Virus record (IMG/VR): IMGVR_UViG_3300045988_155787 | Location: 1 to 15,723 of that record | DNA: 15,723 nt | DNA from: a virus | Strand: one strand, 5' to 3' | Shown here: in pieces, positions 8,887 through 15,723 of the stretch | How positions within the stretch are numbered: position 1 is the first letter of the stretch | How the letters are laid out: each line of letters opens with the position of its first letter | The notes under the pieces: model-generated | What the model was told of the DNA's origin: nothing | What the model saw: only the letters and a program-made list of their open reading frames with translations | Databases searched by the model: none | Position numbers and translations under genes: made by a program

Positions 8887-10644
8887 TTATTTTTTAAAGT
8901 TTACAATATTATGAATTGTCTTTTCTTCTTTTATTGTGAATTCTGTTTCAACTAAAATAACACCACCGTTTTACATGCTTAAATGTTAGTTTTCCACCAC
9001 ACGAAAAGCCAGTTTTAAATTTTTCCCATTCAACAAAATCATAACAAGATTTCGGCATTCCTGCACATGTAATATTGATTTCGCCTTCAATTTCTTCTAA
9101 ATAACATTTTTGACGAACAAATTTTGCCTTTGTAAAATTTCCTTCATGCTTCCATGCACCTAAACGAACAGGGTCAATATCACAAAACTGTTTTAATTCT
9201 TCAATAGGAAGTAAACAATGAATGCTGTCTGTATCACTATAAATATACATGTCTTTTCCATATTTTTGAATTGAATAATCTTTAATAGCTTGACTTGTTC
9301 TAATTGTCTTTTCTCTTGCATAAGCTGTTATGAATGTGCCAATTGGTAAATAAATTCCGTCTTTTTGTTCTTTTTCTGTTAATGAATAGTGAATAATTTC
9401 ATCATCACCGTAGATATGGAATTTTGCTTTGAACGTCAAGACTTGTTGCAAATTTTCCATATAATGCGTTAAGCATTAATTTTGCAAGTGTTCTTTGTCC
9501 TTTATTTCCTGAAAGTGTTGCTTCATTTTTTCTCGTAATCCACTTGTCAATGTAATCTTTAAAAATTCCTTGAATTCCTTTAAACTTCCACCCACACACG
9601 TATGTTAAATCAAAAACTTCATATTGTTCAAAAAATAATTTTAAATCAACATTTGTTAAAACTAAACACACAATTTCATTTTGCGAATTTTCAAGATATT
9701 CATTTGCACGAAAAAAAGATTTGTTGTTTTTTATTTGAATAGTAGGAATTTTATTTTTCTTTAATTTAAAACTACATGTAATCATTTGAATATAAAGGTC
9801 ATAAACTTTGTCTTGTTTATATTCACCCTCAAAAAATAATGGTTCACCAAAGGGAAGTTTCTTTTCATACATAACAGAAGGGTATAAACTATTTACGTCA
9901 AGAACTGTTCCACTTCCAACGTCTTTTTCTTTGTATATTGGATTTAAATAGGTAAACCCGCCTTTGTATGATTTTCGCAAATCTTTATCAACTTCATAAT
10001 CAAGTGGCGGAAAATAATGTAAAAATTTTGACTTTGAAAGTATTTGTTTAAAATCATTTAAGGCATTTGAACCTTGCGTCATTTTCTTCAAATCCTCATC
10101 AAATAAAACTTTAAGTGCTTTTGCTACAATTAAAACATCATTTTTGATATATTCTTTTTCTTCAAGTGTTAGTTCATGTCCTTTTGGACGTTCCTTTTTA
10201 TAATCAATTTTTAATTTTGAAATTGGTAAATTAAAACTTTTTGCAATTGCGTCTACTGAAAAAGGAATTATTTTCAAGCTATCAAAAAATGTTACTTTGT
10301 GAACTTTTTTATTTTTCTTTTCAAAATAAAGTGTAATAGTATAAAATTGACCGCATATCACTTATCAATGTAGTAAAAGTATTGTTTTCAATATCTTCAT
10401 TTTTTGTTACATGCTTAAAACCATGCGTAAGCGCCCAATAAATAATGAATTCACCGTCAAATTTTAAATTATGAAAATAGAAAGAAGCGTTTTTTTCGTT
10501 TTTACAAAATTCAATAAAATCATCAATATTATTTCCAATTTGTAAATTTTCTTCATTGCCTATTTCACAAACCGCCCAAGCCCAAACCCATGTTTCGTCT
10601 TTTTTCCAAACTGCGGTTTCAAAATCTGCTGTAAACTTTTTCAC
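8887..10644 (-). CDS. Protein-primed B-family DNA polymerase (phi29-like), three +1 shifts at CGG, about 584 aa
   Basis: ExoI 'DFETA', ExoII 'NLKFDGEF', 'YIKNDV', 'DVNSLYP', 'LMLNALYGKFA' and 'YSDTDSIH' motifs are distributed over three ORFs. Skipping C at 10353, 9410 and 8968 gives one ORF with 'ISDMGQFYTITL', 'KIPYLGDDEIIHYSL' and C-terminal 'HVKGGVILVETEFTIKEEKTIHNIVNFKK'. Confidence 0.95.
8966..8968 (-). other. Recoding site 3 (polymerase C-terminus): aaa CGG tgg -> aaa (c) ggt ggt
   Basis: +1 frame yields GGVILVETEFTIK, matching the phi29 polymerase C-terminus GGVVLVDDTFTIK. Confidence 0.85.
9408..9410 (-). other. Recoding site 4 (polymerase middle): cta CGG tga -> cta (c) ggt gat
   Basis: 0 frame stops immediately at TGA; +1 frame continues to the catalytic YSDTDS motif. 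Confidence 0.85.
10351..10353 (-). other. Recoding site 5 (polymerase N-terminus): atg CGG tca -> atg (c) ggt caa
   Basis: +1 frame gives MGQFYTITLYF, matching the phi29 MGQWYMIDI region. Confidence 0.85.
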
Positions 10645-10673
10645 ATATTATTTACACCCCTTTCATTTTATAT

Positions 10674-11427
10674 TTATAATGATACACTATCATTATCAAT
10701 TTCAATTCCAAAATCTTGAACAAAACTATTAAAAGCTTCTTGCGTGTAAGTTTCGTCACTTTGATAAGTTAAATCACCGTGCCAATTCATTTTGTGAAAC
10801 AAAATCAAAAAATGCGACAGGATTTTTAATTGATTGTAATTTGTTCATTAGTTTTTCATAATTATCAAAATGTGAATATTTTTGCATTTCTTTTAGATAA
10901 TTTTCACGAAATATTGTTGCTTTTTTCATTACATAATCACTACGACCCATTGACATGATACGTTGTCTTAAATTATTAAATTCATAACCTTTTTTAGTTT
11001 CAATTTGTTTTAAATTTTTAATTTGTGCTTCAATTTCTCTTGCACGAATTGAACCCATTTGAACTCTTGAATAACCGCTTTCAAGTGGTTTTTCCAAATT
11101 TTTAAGTTCTGCACGCAATCTTGTTTGTGCAATTCTGCTTTGAATTCCAAGTTCCCTGCGTTCCCATTTTGTGATACTTTCACCTGCTTGCGTTGTATAT
11201 AAATCCTCTGCACCTTGTCTTTGAAATCTACGCAATGAATTTACAAGACGATTAAGTTCCTTTCTTGTTGTAATATTTTCTTTTGCTTCTTTATAATTTA
11301 TTTCGTCAGGTAAATACAATTTATTTTCTTCTGCTTGTAATTCTCGAATTTTTTTATTGAAATTGCTTACTGCTCGTCCAAGTGATATATAATCCCCTCG
11401 CTTCCAATTTATTCTTGCGTCTGCCAC
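10674..11427 (-). CDS. Probable terminal protein, +1 shift at CGG 10779-10777, about 250 aa
   Basis: Immediately upstream of the polymerase as in phi29 (gene 3 then 2); basic, helix-rich. 0 frame is CGG-TGA. +1 frame adds GDLTYQSDETYTQEAFNSFVQDFGIEIDNDSVSL and then TAA at 10674. Confidence 0.75.
10777..10779 (-). other. Recoding site 6 (terminal protein): gca CGG tga -> gca (c) ggt gat
   Basis: In-frame CGG immediately followed by TGA; the +1 frame stays open for 34 codons and ends just before the polymerase gene. Confidence 0.75.
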
Positions 11428-11441
11428 TTTTTATCACCTCT

Positions 11442-11753
11442 TTAATACATTAAAATTTTTGCTAAAATTCCGCATGAAGGTGTAATTTCTTTTTTGTTTT
11501 CTTCATCATAAATTCTAAATCCTCGTTTTTCAATTTTCTTGTATAATGAAATCATAAATAAAATATCGAAATTAATATTCATATTATATTTTACCTGTAA
11601 TTTAAATGTTTCACGTTCAAGATAATTTTCAAATTCATCAACGAATTTTTTACGATAAAATTCACTTGAAAAATAAAAAACAAGTCCTTTTATTTTAAAA
11701 TAGTATTCACTTTCATTTAAATTTAAGCAAATTCCTTTTGCCGTTGTTTTCAA
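11442..11753 (-). CDS. Hypothetical early protein
   Basis: 103-aa ORF with RBS-like AGAAGGTG upstream. Confidence 0.65.
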   Translation of the reverse strand: MKTTAKGICLNLNESEYYFKIKGLVFYFSSEFYRKKFVDEFENYLERETFKLQVKYNMNINFDILFMISLYKKIEKRGFRIYDEENKKEITPSCGILAKILMY

Positions 11754-11785
11754 TTTTATGTCACCTTCTTTCTATATTATGACAA

Positions 11786-11811
11786 GAACTTGTGTATTTC
11801 TACACAAGTTC
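11786..11811 (-). other. Perfect 11-bp hairpin with GAAA tetraloop on the minus strand
   Basis: Minus strand GAACTTGTGTA-GAAA-TACACAAGTTC; overlaps the stop of the ORF ending at 11800; no clear T-run. Confidence 0.8.
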
Positions 11812-12279
11812 AAATCCTAAGGCTTTGTTGCCTTTTTCTGTTTTGTTTTTTACAATTTTTATTTCAAATCCTTCATCTGTTACACCAAACATTTGCAAGT
11901 ATCTCATCATTTGAATTGTAAAAACCTTTGAACCAGTTGCGTAGCTTTTACCTGCATCATCAATTAAAATACAAGCCATTGTTGTTTCTGTGTCTTTTAG
12001 AACTTCTCCTGTTTCTTCATCAATTATTGGTTCTTTCATAGGTTTTTTGTATCTTTTAATTAATACTTCTTTTACTCTTATAAGTTCACCTTCACAATCA
12101 TTTAATAAATTATCAACGTGACTGTCTAAATTAAATATTTTCTTTTGGTCTGTAATGTTTGTAAACATTTCAGCTTTTGTTGTTGTGCTATTTTGTAATG
12201 CTCCAAAATCTTGAACAGTTGCAAGAGCTGTTTCTTCCTTTTCTTCTAAAACTTCATTTTCAATTTCTTCATTTTTCAT
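11800..12279 (-). CDS. Putative single-stranded DNA-binding protein
   Basis: Early-region position; sequence type 'GELIRVKEVLIKRYKKPMKEPIIDEETGEVLKDTETTMACILIDDAGKSYATGSKVFTIQMMRYLQMFG'. The best RBS favours MKNEEIEN at 12279 over the longer ORF start at 12309. Confidence 0.5.
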   Translation of the reverse strand: MKNEEIENEVLEEKEETALATVQDFGALQNSTTTKAEMFTNITDQKKIFNLDSHVDNLLNDCEGELIRVKEVLIKRYKKPMKEPIIDEETGEVLKDTETTMACILIDDAGKSYATGSKVFTIQMMRYLQMFGVTDEGFEIKIVKNKTEKGNKALGFELV

Positions 12280-12379
12280 AATGAACCTTCTTTCTCCTAT
12301 TTTACGCATAGGTACGGCAATTTATGTTTTTGCTTTTTGGTTTAGCAATAACCTTTATAAAATTATAATTATAAACTTT

Positions 12380-12607
12380 TTAATTTTCCTTTCTTCTATA
12401 TAAATCAACAATTTCTGCGTCAATTCTATTTCTTATTTGTGTAATATTTGCTTCTAAAGTTGCCCTTGCGTCATAAAGAATAGGAATGCAAAAAACTTTG
12501 TCACTTTCAATTCTTGCATATATTTCATATTGCCTAAAATCTTTGAATTTTACGTCTACTCTAAAATTGTAAATTTGTTCAAGTTTATCTTGAATTTCTT
12601 CTTCCAT
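12380..12607 (-). CDS. Hypothetical early protein
   Basis: 75-aa ORF in the early gene array. Confidence 0.55.
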   Translation of the reverse strand: MEEEIQDKLEQIYNFRVDVKFKDFRQYEIYARIESDKVFCIPILYDARATLEANITQIRNRIDAEIVDLYRRKEN

Positions 12608-12790
12608 TTATTTATTCTCCTTTCTATTAATATAATCTTTCATAAATTCTTTTTGCTTACCTGTCATTTTAATTTTTGTATAAATAACATTTTCACCAGT
12701 TGGTAACATTCCAACACTTATTGTATTACTTTTTTCATATTGTCTTATATAATCTTTAAAAATTGAAATAATTATTTCTTCATCTTCCAT
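12608..12790 (-). CDS. Hypothetical early protein
   Basis: 60-aa ORF directly abutting its downstream neighbour, GGTGAGT-like upstream sequence. Confidence 0.5.
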   Translation of the reverse strand: MEDEEIIISIFKDYIRQYEKSNTISVGMLPTGENVIYTKIKMTGKQKEFMKDYINRKENK

Positions 12791-12792
12791 AT

Positions 12793-13218
12793 TTACTCAC
12801 CTTCTTTCATTTTAAAAATTACATAATTAATAAATTCTTCTTTTTCAACTTCCTTTCCCTCAATTGTATAGATAAAAGGGTCAGGAACTATCATTTTACA
12901 ATAATTTTTATAAAAGCAATCTTTTTGACATTTTTCAAATTCACATTCTTTTATATACTTTTTCGAATATTTACATTTTTCAATTTCAATAAAATTTCCA
13001 TATTTTACTGCATTTTGTTTTATTAATTTAACATTTTCTTTTAAATTTTTTGTTTTATCATATAAATAATAAAATAAATGTTTTTCTTCTCCATGTTCAT
13101 ATTCATAAAATTCTAAACAATTTTTATTGATTATTGGATTAAATCTACACCAAATTTGAATATTTGCATCCCATAAATAATTGACAATTTTCTTTCGTAA
13201 ATGTCCCATTTCATTCAC
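12793..13218 (-). CDS. Hypothetical Cys-rich early protein
   Basis: 141-aa ORF with GGAGGTG upstream; cysteine cluster CKYSKKYIKECEFEKCQKDCFYKNYC. Confidence 0.65.
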   Translation of the reverse strand: MNEMGHLRKKIVNYLWDANIQIWCRFNPIINKNCLEFYEYEHGEEKHLFYYLYDKTKNLKENVKLIKQNAVKYGNFIEIEKCKYSKKYIKECEFEKCQKDCFYKNYCKMIVPDPFIYTIEGKEVEKEEFINYVIFKMKEGE

Positions 13219-13222
13219 CTCC

Positions 13223-13559
13223 TTATAAATCTAAACTTACACGAATACATTGTTCAATTTGCTTAATCTCTTTATAATTAACATACCCGCATAAAGCAAC
13301 AATATTTTCTTGTGACAATGTTGTTATTTGTTCGCATATTACTTGCGATTTTTCACCTTTCAAAATAATTTCACAATGTGTTGGTTGATTTACTTTCTTT
13401 ATTTGTCTTGTAACAGGTACACCAATAAATATATTTGAATATTTGTTTCCTATATCATTTGAAATTACTATGTATGGTCTAAGCTTTTTTTTCTACATCT
13501 TTATTAAAATGAAAGTTTTGACACAATACAATGTCACCACGTTTTAAATTATATACCAT
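13223..13559 (-). CDS. MazF/PemK-like toxin-family gene interrupted by one extra base at an A8 run; about 111 aa if joined
   Basis: First segment MVYNLKRGDIVLCQNFHFNKDVEKK, second segment LRPYIVISNDIGNKYSNIFIGVPVTRQIKKVNQPTHCEIILKGEKSQVICEQITTLSQENIVALCGYVNYKEIKQIEQCIRVSLDL. RPYIVISND and EQITTLS patterns are typical; RBS GAGGTG. Not present in the supplied ORF track. Confidence 0.7.
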
Positions 13560-13571
13560 ATTTTTTCACCT

Positions 13572-13922
13572 CTAATCTATATGTGGAATGTGTTCTTCAT
13601 TTTCAAGGTACATTCTTAATTCTTTATTCTCAAATTTTAATCTATTAATTTCATTAAGCAAAAATTCAACATAAACACTTTCTGGAAAATAATTTCTTGA
13701 TAAAATTTTACGAGGTTCTTTTTGTATTTCAGCAAATGTTGTCAATCCTAGATTGAAAATGTGTCTAATTTTCCCTTCACCAATTATATTTAATAAACAT
13801 ATTTCACCACTTCTTTGTTTTTCTTTTACATAATTTTCTAACATTATCATTGTTGCTTCATCTTGTTCTTTTACAATTTGAGCATATAACGTTGAAGTTA
13901 TTTTTTCAATTTCATTTCCCAT
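13572..13922 (-). CDS. Hypothetical early protein
   Basis: 116-aa ORF with GGAG-type upstream site. Confidence 0.6.
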   Translation of the reverse strand: MGNEIEKITSTLYAQIVKEQDEATMIMLENYVKEKQRSGEICLLNIIGEGKIRHIFNLGLTTFAEIQKEPRKILSRNYFPESVYVEFLLNEINRLKFENKELRMYLENEEHIPHID

Positions 13923-13933
13923 ATTAATTCTCC

Positions 13934-14182
13934 TTAATTTATAATTTCATAAAATGCACTTTCATTAAATGTAAAATTGTTAAAATGTGCAAAAAATTCA
14001 TCTACTATTCTTTGTATTAATTTTCTCATACTAAATCTCTCTGTTATTAAATTAATTTTACTTTCATGTAAAAAATAATTACCTAATTGTATATAAACAT
14101 AAATTATTCCATAATCTTGTTTTATATTAATTTCAGCATTTTTAAATATTTTTTGTAAATTATATTTTATTCTTTCTTCCAT
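13934..14182 (-). CDS. Hypothetical early protein
   Basis: 82-aa ORF, GGAG upstream. Confidence 0.5.
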   Translation of the reverse strand: MEERIKYNLQKIFKNAEINIKQDYGIIYVYIQLGNYFLHESKINLITERFSMRKLIQRIVDEFFAHFNNFTFNESAFYEIIN

Positions 14183-14194
14183 AACTTCTCCTTT

Positions 14195-14308
14195 CTAAAA
14201 TTCTATTACACCAAGTTTTATTAGTGTTTCAATAAATAATAATGTAAACATTCCCTCAACTATTATAAAACAAAATATATCTTTTAATAGTATTATAAAT
14301 TTCTTCAT
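14195..14308 (-). CDS. Small hydrophobic protein, 37 aa (MKKFIILLKDIFCFIIVEGMFTLLFIETLIKLGVIEF)
   Basis: Below the ORF-track cutoff; RBS AAAGGAG upstream; first gene of the leftward early array. Confidence 0.5.
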   Translation of the reverse strand: MKKFIILLKDIFCFIIVEGMFTLLFIETLIKLGVIEF

Positions 14309-14367
14309 TTGTTTTTTCTCCTTTCTTAATTTTCTTCATTATATATTAATTATTTTTATTTGTCAAT

Positions 14368-14399
14368 ACTTTTTTAAAAACTTTTTTAAAAACTTTTTT
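14368..14399. repeat. Tandem 12-bp A/T-tract repeat (ACTTTTTTAAAA x2 plus partial copy)
   Basis: Units 14368-14379, 14380-14391, partial 14392-14399, between divergently transcribed genes. Confidence 0.85.
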
Positions 14400-14501
14400 C
14401 AATTTTGTTATATTCATATTATTTGCCTTTTTTCTTGCATTATTCATATTTTATATGATATAATAATATTAGCGAAATTACAAGTTCAATTTGTTTGTAG
14501 T

Positions 14502-14560
14502 TTTTATTGGGTAACCAGCGCGAAGAACGTTCCAATAAAATTTTACCGTGGTAGGTTGCA
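14502..14560 (+). ncRNA. Candidate structured RNA / leader upstream of packaging ATPase
   Basis: 9-bp stem TTTTATTGG(14502-14510)/CCAATAAAA(14532-14540), loop AACC(14513-14516) complementary to GGTT(14554-14557), in a relatively GC-rich island adjacent to the ATPase gene. Confidence 0.3.
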
Positions 14561-14597
14561 ACAAAACTTTTAATTTTGCAATTTTAAAGGAAGGTGA

Positions 14598-15629
14598 ATG
14601 CTTATGCACTTTTATGATTATCATAGAATTTTATCGTATAACTGCCCTGTCAATGTTTTAATTGGTGAACGTGGTTGCGGTAAAAGTTACGGTGCAAAAA
14701 AATTTGTAATTGAACAATTTACAAAAAAGCATTCACAATTCCTATATTTACGACGTTATGATAATGAACTTAAAGAAATATTTGAAAAAACAAAAACACA
14801 AAAAGATTTCTTTGACGATATAAAAGACGAATTCAAAGAACATAAGCTTGAAGCAAAAAATAGAAAATTTTATTGCGACGGTGAAGTGTTTGGATTTGCT
14901 AAACGTATGACAGAAGCTCAAGACTTGAAATCATCAGTTTATCAAAATGTTAAAATTATAATCATAGATGAATACCCAATTGAGAAAAATAAACGTTATT
15001 ATCTACCAAATGAAGGAATGATTTTAATGCGGTATTTTAGACAGTATTATTCGTAATAGAAATGACGTAAAAATTTTTATTTTAGGTAATGCAGTAGAAG
15101 GAATTGAATATTCACCTTTGTTTTCATTCTTTGATTTGTCACTTCCTTTTGGTAATGACATAAAACTTTTTAAAGATAATCTTATTTTGGTTCAATATAT
15201 GATCAATGAGGATTTTAGAAAAGACCGTGAAAATACTTTGATTGGTAAACTTGCAAAACGGAACACTTTATGAACAATATGCAATGCAAAATAAAATTCT
15301 TGATAAAAACAAAACTTTTATTGAAAAGAAAACAGGTTCAAGCAAGTTTAGTTTTGCTCTAATTTATAATGGTGAAACTTACGGTGTTTGGAATGATTAT
15401 CATGAAGGCAAAATTTTTGTTTCGACAGATTTCGACAAATATAGTCCTTACATTTTTAGTATGACATTAAAAGACCATTCACCAAACACAATGATGTTCA
15501 ATGCTATGCGTAAATATAATTTTTGGAAATTATTCATTGAAAATTTTAAATTACGGAAATGTATATTTTGAAAATCAAAAAATCAAACATAGTCTTTATG
15601 AAATTATAAAATTATATTTTTCTAAATAA
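14598..15629 (+). CDS. DNA encapsidation ATPase (phi29 gp16-like), three +1 shifts at CGG, about 342 aa
   Basis: Walker A 'GERGCGKSYG', Walker B-like 'VKIIIIDEYP'. Skipping C at 15030, 15259 and 15554 gives one protein: ...NEGMILM-GILDSIIRNRNDVKIFILGNAVEG...LIGKLAK-GTLYEQYAMQNK...NFKL-GNVYFENQKIKHSLYEIIKLYFSK-TAA. RBS AAAGGAAGGTGA. Confidence 0.93.
15030..15032 (+). other. Recoding site 7 (ATPase): atg CGG tat -> atg (c) ggt att
   Basis: In-frame CGG; +1 frame is open for 76 codons to the next CGG. Confidence 0.85.
15259..15261 (+). other. Recoding site 8 (ATPase): aaa CGG aac -> aaa (c) gga aca
   Basis: In-frame CGG after site 7; 0 frame stops after three codons, +1 opens the 15242..15571 ORF frame. 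Confidence 0.85.
15554..15556 (+). other. Recoding site 9 (ATPase): tta CGG aaa -> tta (c) gga aat
   Basis: In-frame CGG; +1 frame gives 24 further residues ending at TAA 15627-15629 in the ITR. Confidence 0.75.
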
Positions 15630-15723
15630 TGTTTCCCGTGAAACAATGTAACACAATTGTAATATAAATGTAACATAATTGTAATTGACAAACTTTGTTT
15701 CATGTGGTAGAATGTTATTAATC
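15625..15723. repeat. Right inverted terminal repeat (ITR)
   Basis: Perfect 99-bp inverted match to 1-99. Confidence 0.97.
15630..15645. promoter_or_regulatory. parS-like 16-mer in right ITR (TGTTTCCCGTGAAACA)
   Basis: Mirror copy of the 79-94 element; one mismatch to TGTTTCACGTGAAACA. Confidence 0.4.

Noticed and set aside
9405-10361. Interpretation of split polymerase as separate genes or intron/intein-interrupted genes
   Set aside because: Each junction is fixed by moving one base and leaves no extra sequence; homology is contiguous across the joins.
11010-11213. Minus-strand ORF 11010..11213 inside the terminal-protein gene
   Set aside because: Alternative-frame shadow of the terminal-protein gene without its own start signal support.
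14461-14597. Phage-encoded suppressor or quadruplet-decoding tRNA in the ATPase upstream gap
   Set aside because: 'ACAAGTTCAATTTGT' superficially resembles a T-arm, but there is no consistent cloverleaf or acceptor stem on either strand.
1077-15556. CGG reassigned to a different amino acid or to stop, without a frame change
   Set aside because: The reading frame must change by +1 after each CGG to recover homologous sequence; triplet reassignment alone would not restore it.
1077-15556. Ordinary random sequencing indels as the cause of the CGG breaks
   Set aside because: Not excluded, but disfavoured: nine events share trinucleotide, phase and direction and are not in homopolymers, unlike the A8 break at 13483-13490. 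A systematic artefact still needs a read-level check.
1-15723. CRISPR array or integrase/transposon
   Set aside because: No regularly spaced repeats with spacers and no recombinase motifs seen.

Overview
This window looks like an essentially complete linear genome of a small phi29-like podovirus with protein-primed replication. It is bounded by a perfect 99-bp inverted terminal repeat (1-99 / 15625-15723). Recognisable genes are: B-family protein-primed DNA polymerase, a terminal-protein candidate, packaging ATPase, a scaffold-like protein, major capsid protein with an Ig-like tail, tail-knob protein, upper and lower collar proteins, a pectin-lyase-like fibre, holin, and two peptidoglycan hydrolases. 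Everything except the ATPase is on the minus strand. The main observation is that five genes are broken in the six-frame track by nine separate one-base frame changes, and every break falls exactly on an in-frame CGG codon: fibre x1, capsid x1, polymerase x3, terminal protein x1, ATPase x3. Moving +1 at each CGG (net effect: skip the C, read GGU/GGA) restores a full-length protein. The restored polymerase contains the conserved phi29-type 'MGQ(F/W)Y' and C-terminal 'GGV(I/V)LV..TFTIK'-like segments, and the restored ATPase ends inside the terminal repeat. In a manual scan I found no in-frame CGG read as an ordinary triplet in any supported gene, while dozens of out-of-frame CGGs are harmless. 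This suggests genome-wide +1 recoding at CGG (context NNR-CGG-W), perhaps because CGG is unassigned or read as a quadruplet in the host. Systematic sequence error must be excluded from raw reads. Secondary observations are parS-like 16-mers in both terminal repeats, a MazF/PemK-like toxin gene broken at an A8 run, phased A/T tracts and a possible structured leader RNA upstream of the ATPase, and two strong hairpins. Host identity and recoding mechanism cannot be determined from the sequence alone.
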